Shown: positions 56,547-64,000 of the stretch, piece by piece
Position numbering within the stretch: the first letter of the stretch is position 1
Layout of the letters: each line of letters opens with the position of its first letter
Assembly (NCBI GenBank): GCA_028870995.1
Contig: JAGWOI010000008.1
Coordinates: 3,468-67,467 of the forward strand
Length of the DNA: 64,000 nucleotides
Reading direction: 5' to 3'
Source of the DNA: Candidatus Omnitrophota bacterium
Lineage (GTDB): Bacteria > Omnitrophota > Gorgyraeia > Zapsychrales > Fredricksoniimonadaceae
The notes under the pieces: model-generated
Told to the model about the DNA's origin: nothing
Seen by the model: only the letters and a program-made list of their open reading frames with translations
Databases searched by the model: none
Position numbers and translations under genes: made by a program

Positions 56547-58180
56547 GCGATCCGGTACCATCGACTAACAGCCCCTGGCGCTCCGTCATTATCGTTGCCT
56601 GCGTTGGCATCATTGCCTATTCCAACACTTTCTTCAGCCCTTTTGAGTTGGATGATTTCAGTTCCATTGTTAACAATGGCTGCATCCAAAACTTGGGTGA
56701 CCTGCATGGCATCTGGCATTTTTTGCCGCGCCGGTTCATACTTTATCTTTCTCTTGCCTTCAATTACCATTTTAACGGGCTTAATGTCTGCGGCTGGCAC
56801 TTGTTTAATCTGGCGGTCCATCTGGCGGCAGCCGTCCTGGTGTGGCGGCTGGCCCTGCTGACATTTTCGACACCGGTGCTGCGTGAAGACCAAATCGCCC
56901 GACACGCTCCTGCGATTGCCTTATGGGCGGGTTTAATATTTGTGTCGCATCCCGTCCAGACCGAGGCGGTCACCTATATCGTGCAGCGGGCCGCCTCCCT
57001 GGCGGCCATGTTTTATCTGGCGTCCCTTTGCCTGTACCTCAAAGCAAGGCTCTTGCAGGAGCAGGGAAAGCCTGCCTGGAAGAGCTTTTATGCCGGCTGC
57101 CTGCTCTCGACGGTTGCTGCCATGTATACCAAGGAAACGGCCATCACCCTGCCGTTGATGATTGTATTATGCGAAGTCAGTTTTTTAAGGGCGTGGAAGG
57201 ATATTGACTGGAAACAGCTTATCCCTGTACTGTTGTCCCTCCTGGTCATACCTGTCACCATGGTGTTGACGGAAAACAGCCCCGCAAGGATCCATCACTT
57301 GTGCAGCGAACCAGGCATATCCCCCTGGCAGTACTTCCTGACCCAGTTGAGGGTCATTGTCACTTATATAAGACTGCTTTTCCTGCCGGTCCATCAAGAT
57401 TTTGATTATGATTATCCGGTCTTCAAAAGTTTTTTCCAGACGCCTGTCCTGTTGAGCTTTTTGTTCCTTGCTGCCGTCCTTCTGGGGGCGAAGCGGTTAT
57501 GGCCCAAGTACAGATTAGTTTCCTTCGGCATTTTCTTCTTTTTTCTGGCCCTTGTGCCTGAATCGAGCATCCTGCCCATCAAGGACGTTATTTTTGAGCA
57601 CAGGCTTTATTTGCCGATGGTGGGTTTTAGTCTGTCCCTGGCCGGAGCAGCGTATTATTTTCTGGGCAAGAACCATCTTAAAGCCATGACCTTAGGTTTA
57701 ACGGTCATTGTAGTATGCTTTTCGGCACTGACGTATGCCAGGAACAATGTTTGGCAGGACAATTTGACTTTATGGCAGGACACGGTGCAAAAATCACCAC
57801 ACAAGGCCAGGCCGTACCTGTGCCGTGGTTATGCCTGGGAAAGCAAAGGGGATTTCCAGCAAGCGATCGCCGATTATTCCAAGGTCATTACCTTGGACCC
57901 TTCCGAGCCGGATGATTATTATAATAGAGGCACCCTTTATTGCAGGCTAGGAGCTTTTGCCCAGGCGATTTCCGATCTTGACAAAGCCATCGCTTTAAAT
58001 CCCGATGATGCCGATTTCTACAATAACAGGGCCGTGACCTACGAGCGGCTCAAGGAGTACCGTCGCGCTCTGGCTGATTTTGAGAGGGCCAGGGTATTAG
58101 GGCACCCGGTCGATGCCGCCCGCATAAGCTTACTCAAACGAAAGTCCGCAGAAGCCCTCAGGCAGTCAAAAAAGAATTAG
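56543..58180 (+). CDS. Membrane protein with a PMT-like polytopic N-terminal domain and C-terminal TPR repeats
   Basis: The N-terminus 'WRSVIIVACVGIIAYSNTFFSPFELDDFSSIVNN' is typical of the TPR/PMT_2-like family. The C-terminus has 4 TPR units ('PYLCRGYAW...DDYYNRGTLY...ADFYNNRAVTY'). Confidence 0.7.
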   Translation: MSDPVPSTNSPWRSVIIVACVGIIAYSNTFFSPFELDDFSSIVNNGCIQNLGDLHGIWHFLPRRFILYLSLAFNYHFNGLNVCGWHLFNLAVHLAAAVLVWRLALLTFSTPVLREDQIARHAPAIALWAGLIFVSHPVQTEAVTYIVQRAASLAAMFYLASLCLYLKARLLQEQGKPAWKSFYAGCLLSTVAAMYTKETAITLPLMIVLCEVSFLRAWKDIDWKQLIPVLLSLLVIPVTMVLTENSPARIHHLCSEPGISPWQYFLTQLRVIVTYIRLLFLPVHQDFDYDYPVFKSFFQTPVLLSFLFLAAVLLGAKRLWPKYRLVSFGIFFFFLALVPESSILPIKDVIFEHRLYLPMVGFSLSLAGAAYYFLGKNHLKAMTLGLTVIVVCFSALTYARNNVWQDNLTLWQDTVQKSPHKARPYLCRGYAWESKGDFQQAIADYSKVITLDPSEPDDYYNRGTLYCRLGAFAQAISDLDKAIALNPDDADFYNNRAVTYERLKEYRRALADFERARVLGHPVDAARISLLKRKSAEALRQSKKN

Positions 58181-58219
58181 CATTATTCGTGCATGGATGG
58201 TATAAGTAATTACCATTTC

Positions 58220-58293
<74 letters not shown>

Positions 58294-58439
58294 TGTTAAA
58301 GAATTGCCGCTGCTGTGTCTCTTTTTATCCTGTTTTAATCTCTCCTTAATTCCTTCTTTGCTATGAAGTGTCTGTAAAGGAGGGTCTCTGTCCGCCGCCA
58401 AGAGGGTATCCAGGCAGGAAATTTGAAATCCAGGAAAAT

Positions 58440-59816
58440 ATGAGCGAATCCATATCTCCCGAAGTCAATCGCAGCCTCAAGTCCTGCGTCAAGGAGGGGG
58501 TTTTTTCCCAGATCATGATCGGGATTTTTGATATTTACCTCAACCCCTTGGCCATCTTTTTAAGGGGATCGACGCTGGAAATCGGTCTTTTGGCCTCCAT
58601 ACCCGGTGTTCTGTCCGCATTCTCCCAGGTTTTTGCCACCGGCGCGGTGCGGTGCATGGGAAACCGCAGGAATCTTTTGGTGCGGGTGGCCTTGTTTCAA
58701 GCTTTTCTCATCCTGGCCATCCCGTTTCTATTGTTCCTGCATGGCCGGTCCCTGCGCATCGAATTGTTGATTATTCTGGCCACCTTGTTCAGGGTATCTG
58801 GTTCTTTCATGGGACCGGCCTGGGGCAGTATGGTCAGCGAGTATTTGCCGGCACATTCACGCGGAGCCTTTTTTGGACGCCGGACCCAGATCATCAGCAT
58901 CGCCGGGATCATCGGCATGGTTTTTTGGGGCCTGTTCCTGTTCTTCATGAAAAATTATAAATTGGAAATGCAGGGATTTTTTGTCATTTTTTTGTGCGCG
59001 CCGCTGTTCCGCCTTTTCTCTGCCTATTACATGAGCAGGCAGGTTGAAGTGCATCCGTCGCAATCGGCTCAAATGCACCAGGTCAGGATGGGGTTGAAAA
59101 ATACCAACTTCCTTTTTTTTGTCTTTTATACAGCCGCCATCACTTTCGCCACCCAGATGGCCTCACCGTACACGAGCGTGTACATGTTAAGAGATCTCAA
59201 TTTCAGCTATTGGAGCTACATGTGCGTCAATTTCGCCTCCATGTTTACCGGGCTCCTTTCATTTCCCATCTGGGGCCGGCATGCGGACATTCTGGGAAAC
59301 CTTAAAGTGCTGAAACTGACCGGCTGGCTGATCCCCTGGACGCCGATCCTGTATATGTTCAGCCACACGCCCTGGCAGTTAAGCGTGGTCGAAGTATTCA
59401 ATGGTTTTATCTGGGCAGGTTTCAACCTATGCGCCACTAATTTCATTTATGATGCCGCCCCTCCCCATAAACGGGTGCAATACATTTGTTACTCCAACAT
59501 CGTCAACGGTATCGCCTTGTTTTCCGGGGCCTCGATAGGAGGCGTGCTGGGCTCCCATTTGCCGTTGGTGGACGGTTCCCGCTTATTCTTTCTTTTTATG
59601 ATCTCTTCATTTTTCCGCCTGATGTCCCAGTGGCTGATTTTTCCCCAAGTCCATGAGGTCAGGGTCGCCTACCGCAAAGTGCACAGCTACACCTTGTTTT
59701 TCAGTGTTTTGGGTATCAGGCCCATATTCGGCCGGGATGTGGAATCGCCCACCTTGTCCCGGCCGTTTTCCCACCGGTTCAAAATGTTTTTCAGGGCGGC
59801 ATTAAGGCCGCGGTGA
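58440..59816 (+). CDS. MFS-type transporter
   Basis: About 12 hydrophobic segments are present. A 'GxxxxRxGRR'-like loop is 'GNRRNLLVR'. The ATG at 58440 has an RBS-like 'AGGAAA' upstream. Confidence 0.7.
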   Translation: MSESISPEVNRSLKSCVKEGVFSQIMIGIFDIYLNPLAIFLRGSTLEIGLLASIPGVLSAFSQVFATGAVRCMGNRRNLLVRVALFQAFLILAIPFLLFLHGRSLRIELLIILATLFRVSGSFMGPAWGSMVSEYLPAHSRGAFFGRRTQIISIAGIIGMVFWGLFLFFMKNYKLEMQGFFVIFLCAPLFRLFSAYYMSRQVEVHPSQSAQMHQVRMGLKNTNFLFFVFYTAAITFATQMASPYTSVYMLRDLNFSYWSYMCVNFASMFTGLLSFPIWGRHADILGNLKVLKLTGWLIPWTPILYMFSHTPWQLSVVEVFNGFIWAGFNLCATNFIYDAAPPHKRVQYICYSNIVNGIALFSGASIGGVLGSHLPLVDGSRLFFLFMISSFFRLMSQWLIFPQVHEVRVAYRKVHSYTLFFSVLGIRPIFGRDVESPTLSRPFSHRFKMFFRAALRPR

Positions 59817-59846
59817 GCGGTGTTTATATTAGAGAAAGAGTATGTC

Positions 59847-59990
59847 ATGAAAAGGATTTTTGTAGGGACCAGCGGTTGGAATTATAAGCATTGGCGTGAG
59901 CACATCATGGCATTTTTTAATAATGATGCCCATGGCTATGCCGTTGGTAATGCGTTAGAATTGAGGAAACTTTTGGGAGAAAACCTATGA
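59847..59990 (+). pseudogene. 47-aa ORF resembling the N-terminus of DUF72 (YecE-like) proteins; possible gene remnant
   Basis: 'MKRIFVGTSGWNYKHW' matches the 'IGTSGWSYxxW' N-terminal signature, but the ORF then diverges and stops at 47 aa, overlapping the xth start. Confidence 0.3.
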
Positions 59991-60745
59991 GACTCCTGTC
60001 ATGGAATGTGAACGGATTGCGTTCGGTGCTGGACAAGGAATTATTCGCGGTTTTTGTAGAGAAATACCAGCCCGACGTGCTGTGCCTTCAGGAAACCAAG
60101 ACCCGTGATAAGGTGGATGTCAGGATTCCGGGCTATGAGGAGTTTTGGAACCATGCGCGGAAAGCCGGCTACGCCGGCACCGCCGTCTTTACCAGGATCA
60201 AACCTCTCAACCATGCCTATGGCATCGGAATCCCCCGACACGACGAGGAAGGGCGGGTGATCACCCTGGAATTCAACAATTTTTTCCTGGTCAACGTGTA
60301 TGTGCCTAATGCCAAGCGGGATCTCAGCCGTTTAAGCTATCGTACCAAGGAATGGGACGTTGATTTTTTGAAATACTTAAGAACTCTTGAGAAGAAGAAA
60401 GCCGTTGTCTTTTGCGGGGATTTGAACGTGGCCCATCAGGAAATCGATTTGTCCAATCCTAAAGCCAATGTGAAGAACCATGGATTCACACCGCAGGAAA
60501 GGGCTGGGTTTGATAAGATCATCGAGGCGGGTTTCATCGATACCTTCAGGGAATTTGAAAAGGCCGGCGGCCAGTACACCTGGTGGAGCCGTTTTAATAA
60601 CTGCCGTCAGCGCAATATCGGCTGGCGCATTGATTATTTCTGCATTTCGTCCTCTCTTAGGCGTAAGCTCAATAAGGCATTTATCCTCGATGCCGTCATG
60701 GGCTCAGACCATTGCCCCGTGGGCATTGAATTAAATACCCATTAA
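59987..60745 (+). CDS. xth: Exodeoxyribonuclease III
   Basis: 'MRLLSWNVNGLRS', 'VLCLQETK' and 'GDLNVAHQEIDL' are present. The C-terminus is 'WRIDYF...SDHCPV'. Confidence 0.9.
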   Translation: MRLLSWNVNGLRSVLDKELFAVFVEKYQPDVLCLQETKTRDKVDVRIPGYEEFWNHARKAGYAGTAVFTRIKPLNHAYGIGIPRHDEEGRVITLEFNNFFLVNVYVPNAKRDLSRLSYRTKEWDVDFLKYLRTLEKKKAVVFCGDLNVAHQEIDLSNPKANVKNHGFTPQERAGFDKIIEAGFIDTFREFEKAGGQYTWWSRFNNCRQRNIGWRIDYFCISSSLRRKLNKAFILDAVMGSDHCPVGIELNTH

Positions 60746-61021
60746 AAAACCCTCCTGTGCTAACTATCAGCGTATACCCACTTTTGCGGTGGATATTTTT
60801 CTGAGGATGTCTCCCCTCTATTGGAGGAAACATTTTTCGTCAGCCAAGAGGGATATCTTCATGGCTACCGGTTACAAAATACCATGCCGAACATGAAGGC
60901 AGGATGAAGTTATCATTAAAAAAATCTTTTCATGTTCATTTCATTACTTCTTAATCTTGGTCTTGTTATTTTATAAGTGGATTTCAATTCCAAGCAATTG
61001 ACATCAATGGAAGAGGTTTTT

Positions 61022-61243
61022 ATGCCGGAAAAGAAAACATTACGAAAAGCAGCCCAGGACAAGCGCGAAGGCAAGGCTGCCACTACTCAAGCTGGACATT
61101 TCATCGAGGAAGAAATGCGTCACGCCAGGCAAGGCAAGCACCCTGTCAAGTCGCGCAAGCAAGCCATTGCCATCGGCTTGTCAAAAGCCCGCAGGGCAGG
61201 TCTAAAGTTGCCGCCTAGGAAAAAGAGCCGTTCTTCGTCTTAA
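61022..61243 (+). CDS. Small basic conserved hypothetical protein
   Basis: It is 73 aa, Lys/Arg-rich, with 'SRKQAIAIGLSKARRAGLKLP'. An RBS-like 'GAAGAGG' lies upstream of the ATG at 61022. Confidence 0.5.
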   Translation: MPEKKTLRKAAQDKREGKAATTQAGHFIEEEMRHARQGKHPVKSRKQAIAIGLSKARRAGLKLPPRKKSRSSS

Positions 61244-61259
61244 GAAAGGAGGGTTGACT

Positions 61260-61727
61260 ATGATCAGAATAAATTCCCGTCAAGCGGCCAAGCACCGCAA
61301 GGAAGTGCACCATTTGGACAAGACGCTCATGAAGGCCAATGAATGGTTGAAAGAAATACAGAATGAACTTCATTTGGAAGGTGAATTGGATGCCTATGCT
61401 TCATTACGGGCGGTGTTGCACGGCTTAAGGGACCATTTAAGCACCGATGAGGTGGCTCAATTGGGTGCCCAATTGCCTGTGCTTATCAGGGGCGTTTACT
61501 ATGAGGGATGGGACCCCAGGCCGAAGCCGGAGAGGGTCCATAATCCCCAGCAATTTATTGATGAAATAAAGAAACACATCCGGGAAGGTTTGAACCCAAC
61601 CTACGTCACGGAAGGCATTCTTAGGTTCTTGGAAAACAGGATGGGAGAGGGGGAGATCAATTCCATCAAAAGGATCCTGCCCCATTTATGGCCCGCCGGT
61701 ATCAGGGAAGGGTCGGTTATGGATTAG
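61260..61727 (+). CDS. DUF2267-domain protein
   Basis: 'LRAVLHGLRDHLSTDEVAQLGAQLPVLIRGVYYEGWDP' is the characteristic DUF2267 core. The RBS 'AAGGAGGG' lies upstream. Confidence 0.65.
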   Translation: MIRINSRQAAKHRKEVHHLDKTLMKANEWLKEIQNELHLEGELDAYASLRAVLHGLRDHLSTDEVAQLGAQLPVLIRGVYYEGWDPRPKPERVHNPQQFIDEIKKHIREGLNPTYVTEGILRFLENRMGEGEINSIKRILPHLWPAGIREGSVMD

Positions 61728-61756
61728 GCAGGCCTGTTTTGCTGCTGAAAAAGGGG

Positions 61757-62422
61757 ATGATTATGCCCGCGCAAATGACAGAAAGGATATTAGAAATTCC
61801 CATCAGAGAAAAGGCCCTGGGCGGTATCCTGACGGTGCCCACGGACCCCCACGGGATGATCGTTTTTGCCCACGGCAGCGGCAGCGGCCGGTTCAGTCCC
61901 AGAAACCAATTTGTGGCCGACCATCTTAATCATTCGGGTTTCGCCACCCTTTTGTTTGACCTGCTGACCCCCAAGGAGGAGGAGCTTGATGACGAGACCG
62001 GGAAATTGCGTTTCAATATCGAGTTTCTGACCGACAGGCTGGTCGTGACCGCGGACTGGTTGCGGGAGCATTTCGGGCTGTTCGATATGCCCTTCGGGTT
62101 TTTTGGTGCCAGCACCGGTGCCGCGGCCGCACTGGCGGCGGCCACCAAGCGCCCGTTTGTCGTCAGGGCGGTGGTGTCCAGGGGAGGCCGTCCGGATCTG
62201 GCCTCAGCCTCTTTGGCCTTTGTGCAGGTGCCGACCCTGCTCGTTGTCGGCGGTAACGACCCGGTCGTTCTTGAGCTCAACCGCAATGCGCTGGAGCAAC
62301 TACCGGTGCCGCAGAAACAACTTGAAATCGTTCCGGATGCGACCCACCTTTTTGAAGAGCCGGGGGCCCTGGAAAAGGTGGCCCAGCTGGCGTCTCAATG
62401 GTTCCTTGATTATTTGCTTTAG
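61757..62422 (+). CDS. Dienelactone hydrolase-family alpha/beta hydrolase
   Basis: 'MIVFAHGSGSG' and the nucleophile elbow 'GASTGAAAAL' are present. Asp/His candidates occur in the C-terminal half. Confidence 0.75.
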   Translation: MIMPAQMTERILEIPIREKALGGILTVPTDPHGMIVFAHGSGSGRFSPRNQFVADHLNHSGFATLLFDLLTPKEEELDDETGKLRFNIEFLTDRLVVTADWLREHFGLFDMPFGFFGASTGAAAALAAATKRPFVVRAVVSRGGRPDLASASLAFVQVPTLLVVGGNDPVVLELNRNALEQLPVPQKQLEIVPDATHLFEEPGALEKVAQLASQWFLDYLL

Positions 62423-62438
62423 GGAAGGAAGGTATACG

Positions 62439-62891
62439 ATGAAGCTGACCAGCAATAAATTTCAACATAATGAGATGATCCCTGCCGTTTACACCTGTGA
62501 GGGGGAGAATATCAATCCGCCGCTTTCCATCAGTGATCTGCCGCCGCAAGCGCAAAGCCTGGTGCTTATCGTCGATGATCCCGACGCGCCCGGCAGCACC
62601 TTTATTCATTGGGTGGTTTATGATATCCCGGTCACCGGACACATTAAAGAAAACAGCGTTCCTGGAACAACCGGCATCAACGATTTTAAACGCCGCAATT
62701 ACGGAGGCCCTTGCCCGCCCTCGGGGGTGCATCATTATTATTTCAAGGCCTATGCCCTGGATACCAAGCTTGATTTGCCTGAGGGCCAGACCAAGGCGCA
62801 GATCGAGAAGGCCATGCAGGGCCATGTGCTGGACCAGGATGAACTTATCGGGCTGTTCAGCAAGGAGCGGCAAACGGCAGGACGCGTTTGA
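62439..62891 (+). CDS. PEBP-family (YbhB/YbcL-like) protein
   Basis: 'LIVDDPDAP', 'HWVVYDIP' and 'GYGGPCPPSGVHHYYFKAYALD' are present. Confidence 0.8.
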   Translation: MKLTSNKFQHNEMIPAVYTCEGENINPPLSISDLPPQAQSLVLIVDDPDAPGSTFIHWVVYDIPVTGHIKENSVPGTTGINDFKRRNYGGPCPPSGVHHYYFKAYALDTKLDLPEGQTKAQIEKAMQGHVLDQDELIGLFSKERQTAGRV

Positions 62892-62957
62892 TTTAATCTT
62901 ATTTTAACTCTTCTTTAATTTCACCTTTGATACTTTCTCATCGAAAGGAGTTGCCTT

Positions 62958-63590
62958 ATGCCAACGATGACAATGACCGGCCCGTTCAAACTGCCGGAAT
63001 TACCCTATGCTGCCAACAGTCTGGAGCCTTATATCGACAGCAAGATCATGGAAATCCACCATGACAAGCACCATGGCGGATATGTGGCCAATTTGAACAG
63101 CGCCATTGCCGGTACGGAGGCGGAAAATGCGAGTATCGAAGATATCTGCAGACAGGTTTCTAAATATCCTGCGGTCGTCCGCAATAACGGCGGTGGGCAT
63201 TACAACCACGCCATGCTATGGACGATCATGTCTCCTGAAGGAGGGGGGACGCCGCACGGCGACCTGCTCAATTTCATCAATGATTCCTTCGGTTTTTTTG
63301 AAACGTTTAAAAAACAATTCTCCGAAGCCGGCATGAACCGTTTCGGGTCGGGTTGGGCGTGGCTGATCGTTGATGACAGTAAGCGGTTGGTGGTCTGCTC
63401 AACGTCAAACCAGGACAACCCCTTGATGGATGTGGCCCCGGTGAAGGGTTTCCCTATTCTCGGCATGGATGTGTGGGAACATGCCTATTACTTGAAATAT
63501 CAAAACCGCCGGGCTGATTATATTACTGCTTTCTGGAACCTCATCAACTGGGACGAGGTCAACAGGCGCCTGGCCATGGTCATGGAATGA
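62958..63590 (+). CDS. sod: Fe/Mn superoxide dismutase
   Basis: 'LPELPYAANSLEPYIDSKIMEIHHDKHH' is present. The metal ligands are 'GGGHYNHAMLW' and 'DVWEHAYY'. Confidence 0.9.
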   Translation: MPTMTMTGPFKLPELPYAANSLEPYIDSKIMEIHHDKHHGGYVANLNSAIAGTEAENASIEDICRQVSKYPAVVRNNGGGHYNHAMLWTIMSPEGGGTPHGDLLNFINDSFGFFETFKKQFSEAGMNRFGSGWAWLIVDDSKRLVVCSTSNQDNPLMDVAPVKGFPILGMDVWEHAYYLKYQNRRADYITAFWNLINWDEVNRRLAMVME

Positions 63591-63617
63591 GTAGGAAATG
63601 AAAAGGAGGTGATTCAT

Positions 63618-64000
63618 ATGGATCACGGACAAGGAGTACTTTTGGACCGTACAACGATTTTCTCGGTTGAAAGCGGGTCATTGATCGAGGGATTGACAGG
63701 AATAGGAGGGATGGTCCTGGCCATTATCGGTTTGGCCGGAATCATACCGGAAATGATGCTTTCTGTGGCTGTTATTGCCATCGGCGCCGGTTTGCTGCTG
63801 CAAGGCATGGCCGTGGCCGCGCGTTTCTCGGCCATCCTGAGTGAAGCTGAAGCCGCTGCCGTCCAATCTGGCGCGGAGCTGAGGGGCAGCGTTTCCGTCG
63901 AGACAATCGGAGGAATAGCCGGTATTGCCCTTGGTATTTTGGCGTTGATCGGTATTTTCCCCATGGTATTAAATGCGGTGGCCGCCATAGTATTCGGAGT
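63618..64000 (+). CDS. Partial (3'-truncated by the window) hydrophobic Gly/Ala-rich membrane protein
   Basis: The RBS 'AAAGGAGG' lies 7 nt upstream of the ATG at 63618. The reading frame stays open to the window end and shows two long hydrophobic segments. It is absent from the ORF track only because it has no stop codon. Confidence 0.5.
   Translation, partial: MDHGQGVLLDRTTIFSVESGSLIEGLTGIGGMVLAIIGLAGIIPEMMLSVAVIAIGAGLLLQGMAVAARFSAILSEAEAAAVQSGAELRGSVSVETIGGIAGIALGILALIGIFPMVLNAVAAIVFG

Noticed and set aside
62103-62438. Upstream 112 codons of the 262-aa ORF containing the PEBP gene
   Set aside because: This part overlaps the dienelactone hydrolase gene out of frame and is Arg/Pro-rich. 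The PEBP homology and a sensible start begin at the ATG at 62439.
63623-63988. 121-aa minus-strand ORF at the window end
   Set aside because: It is antisense to a + strand ORF that has a strong AGGAGG RBS and clear TM-helix periodicity, so the + strand gene is preferred.

Overview
This 64 kb window looks like a segment of a Gram-negative (diderm) bacterial chromosome. The supporting genes are LptD, two RND efflux systems, OMF lipoproteins and LPS-type glycosyltransferases. It is densely coding, and every gene I can support lies on the + strand: about 62 CDSs plus 2 tRNAs. No integrase, transposase or CRISPR array is visible.

Layout by coordinate:
- 2-2987: two tandem GAF/GGDEF diguanylate cyclases and an orphan sensor histidine kinase.
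- 3112-6268: ROK glucokinase and LptD.
- 6282-26784: a large cell-surface glycan locus.
  - It carries ugd, a UXS-type UDP-glucuronate decarboxylase, a truncated TPP-dependent E1 alpha/beta pair and an Fcl-like epimerase/reductase.
  - It carries SDR epimerases, a B12-binding radical SAM enzyme and GDP-heptose pathway genes: HddA-like kinase, HddC-like nucleotidyltransferase and GmhB.
  - It carries two DegT-family PLP enzymes, one of which has His in place of the catalytic Lys (ColD/E1-type 3-dehydratase signature).
  - It carries GT4, GT2, GT9, GT87-like and GT28 transferases and an O-antigen ligase/polymerase.
- 26781-29441: a PriA homolog with a degenerate Walker A motif, and fmt.
- 29559-31521: a tandem pair of GalT-family genes; the first has Arg at the position of the nucleophilic His.
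- 31582-31657: tRNA-Phe.
- 31675-38760: a poorly characterised block of genes.
  - FeoA, a 2OG-Fe(II) oxygenase, an ELM1/DUF1022 protein and a 653-aa internally repetitive unknown protein.
  - A KirBac-like channel whose selectivity filter reads TAVDYS, not TVGYG.
  - A small 4-TM membrane protein, a cytidylate-kinase-like protein, a MORN protein and a His-rich secreted protein.
- 38925-55207: a MarR-regulated MexAB-OprM-like RND operon and an MdtABC-type RND operon with its own OMF. Three LTXXQ (Spy/CpxP-like) periplasmic proteins sit between and after the operons, together with a paralog of the His-rich secreted protein.
- 55204-58180: TPR proteins.
- 58220-58293: a tRNA with anticodon CAT, Ile2-like.
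- 58440-63590: a stress-type cluster with an MFS transporter, xth, a small basic protein, DUF2267, dienelactone hydrolase, a PEBP/YbhB protein and superoxide dismutase.
- 63618 to the window end: a partial membrane-protein ORF.

The most interesting items are the modified-heptose/dideoxy-sugar glycan cluster, the GalT pair with a catalytically dead copy, the PriA without a P-loop, and the Kir-like channel with a non-canonical filter next to an uncharacterised repeat protein.
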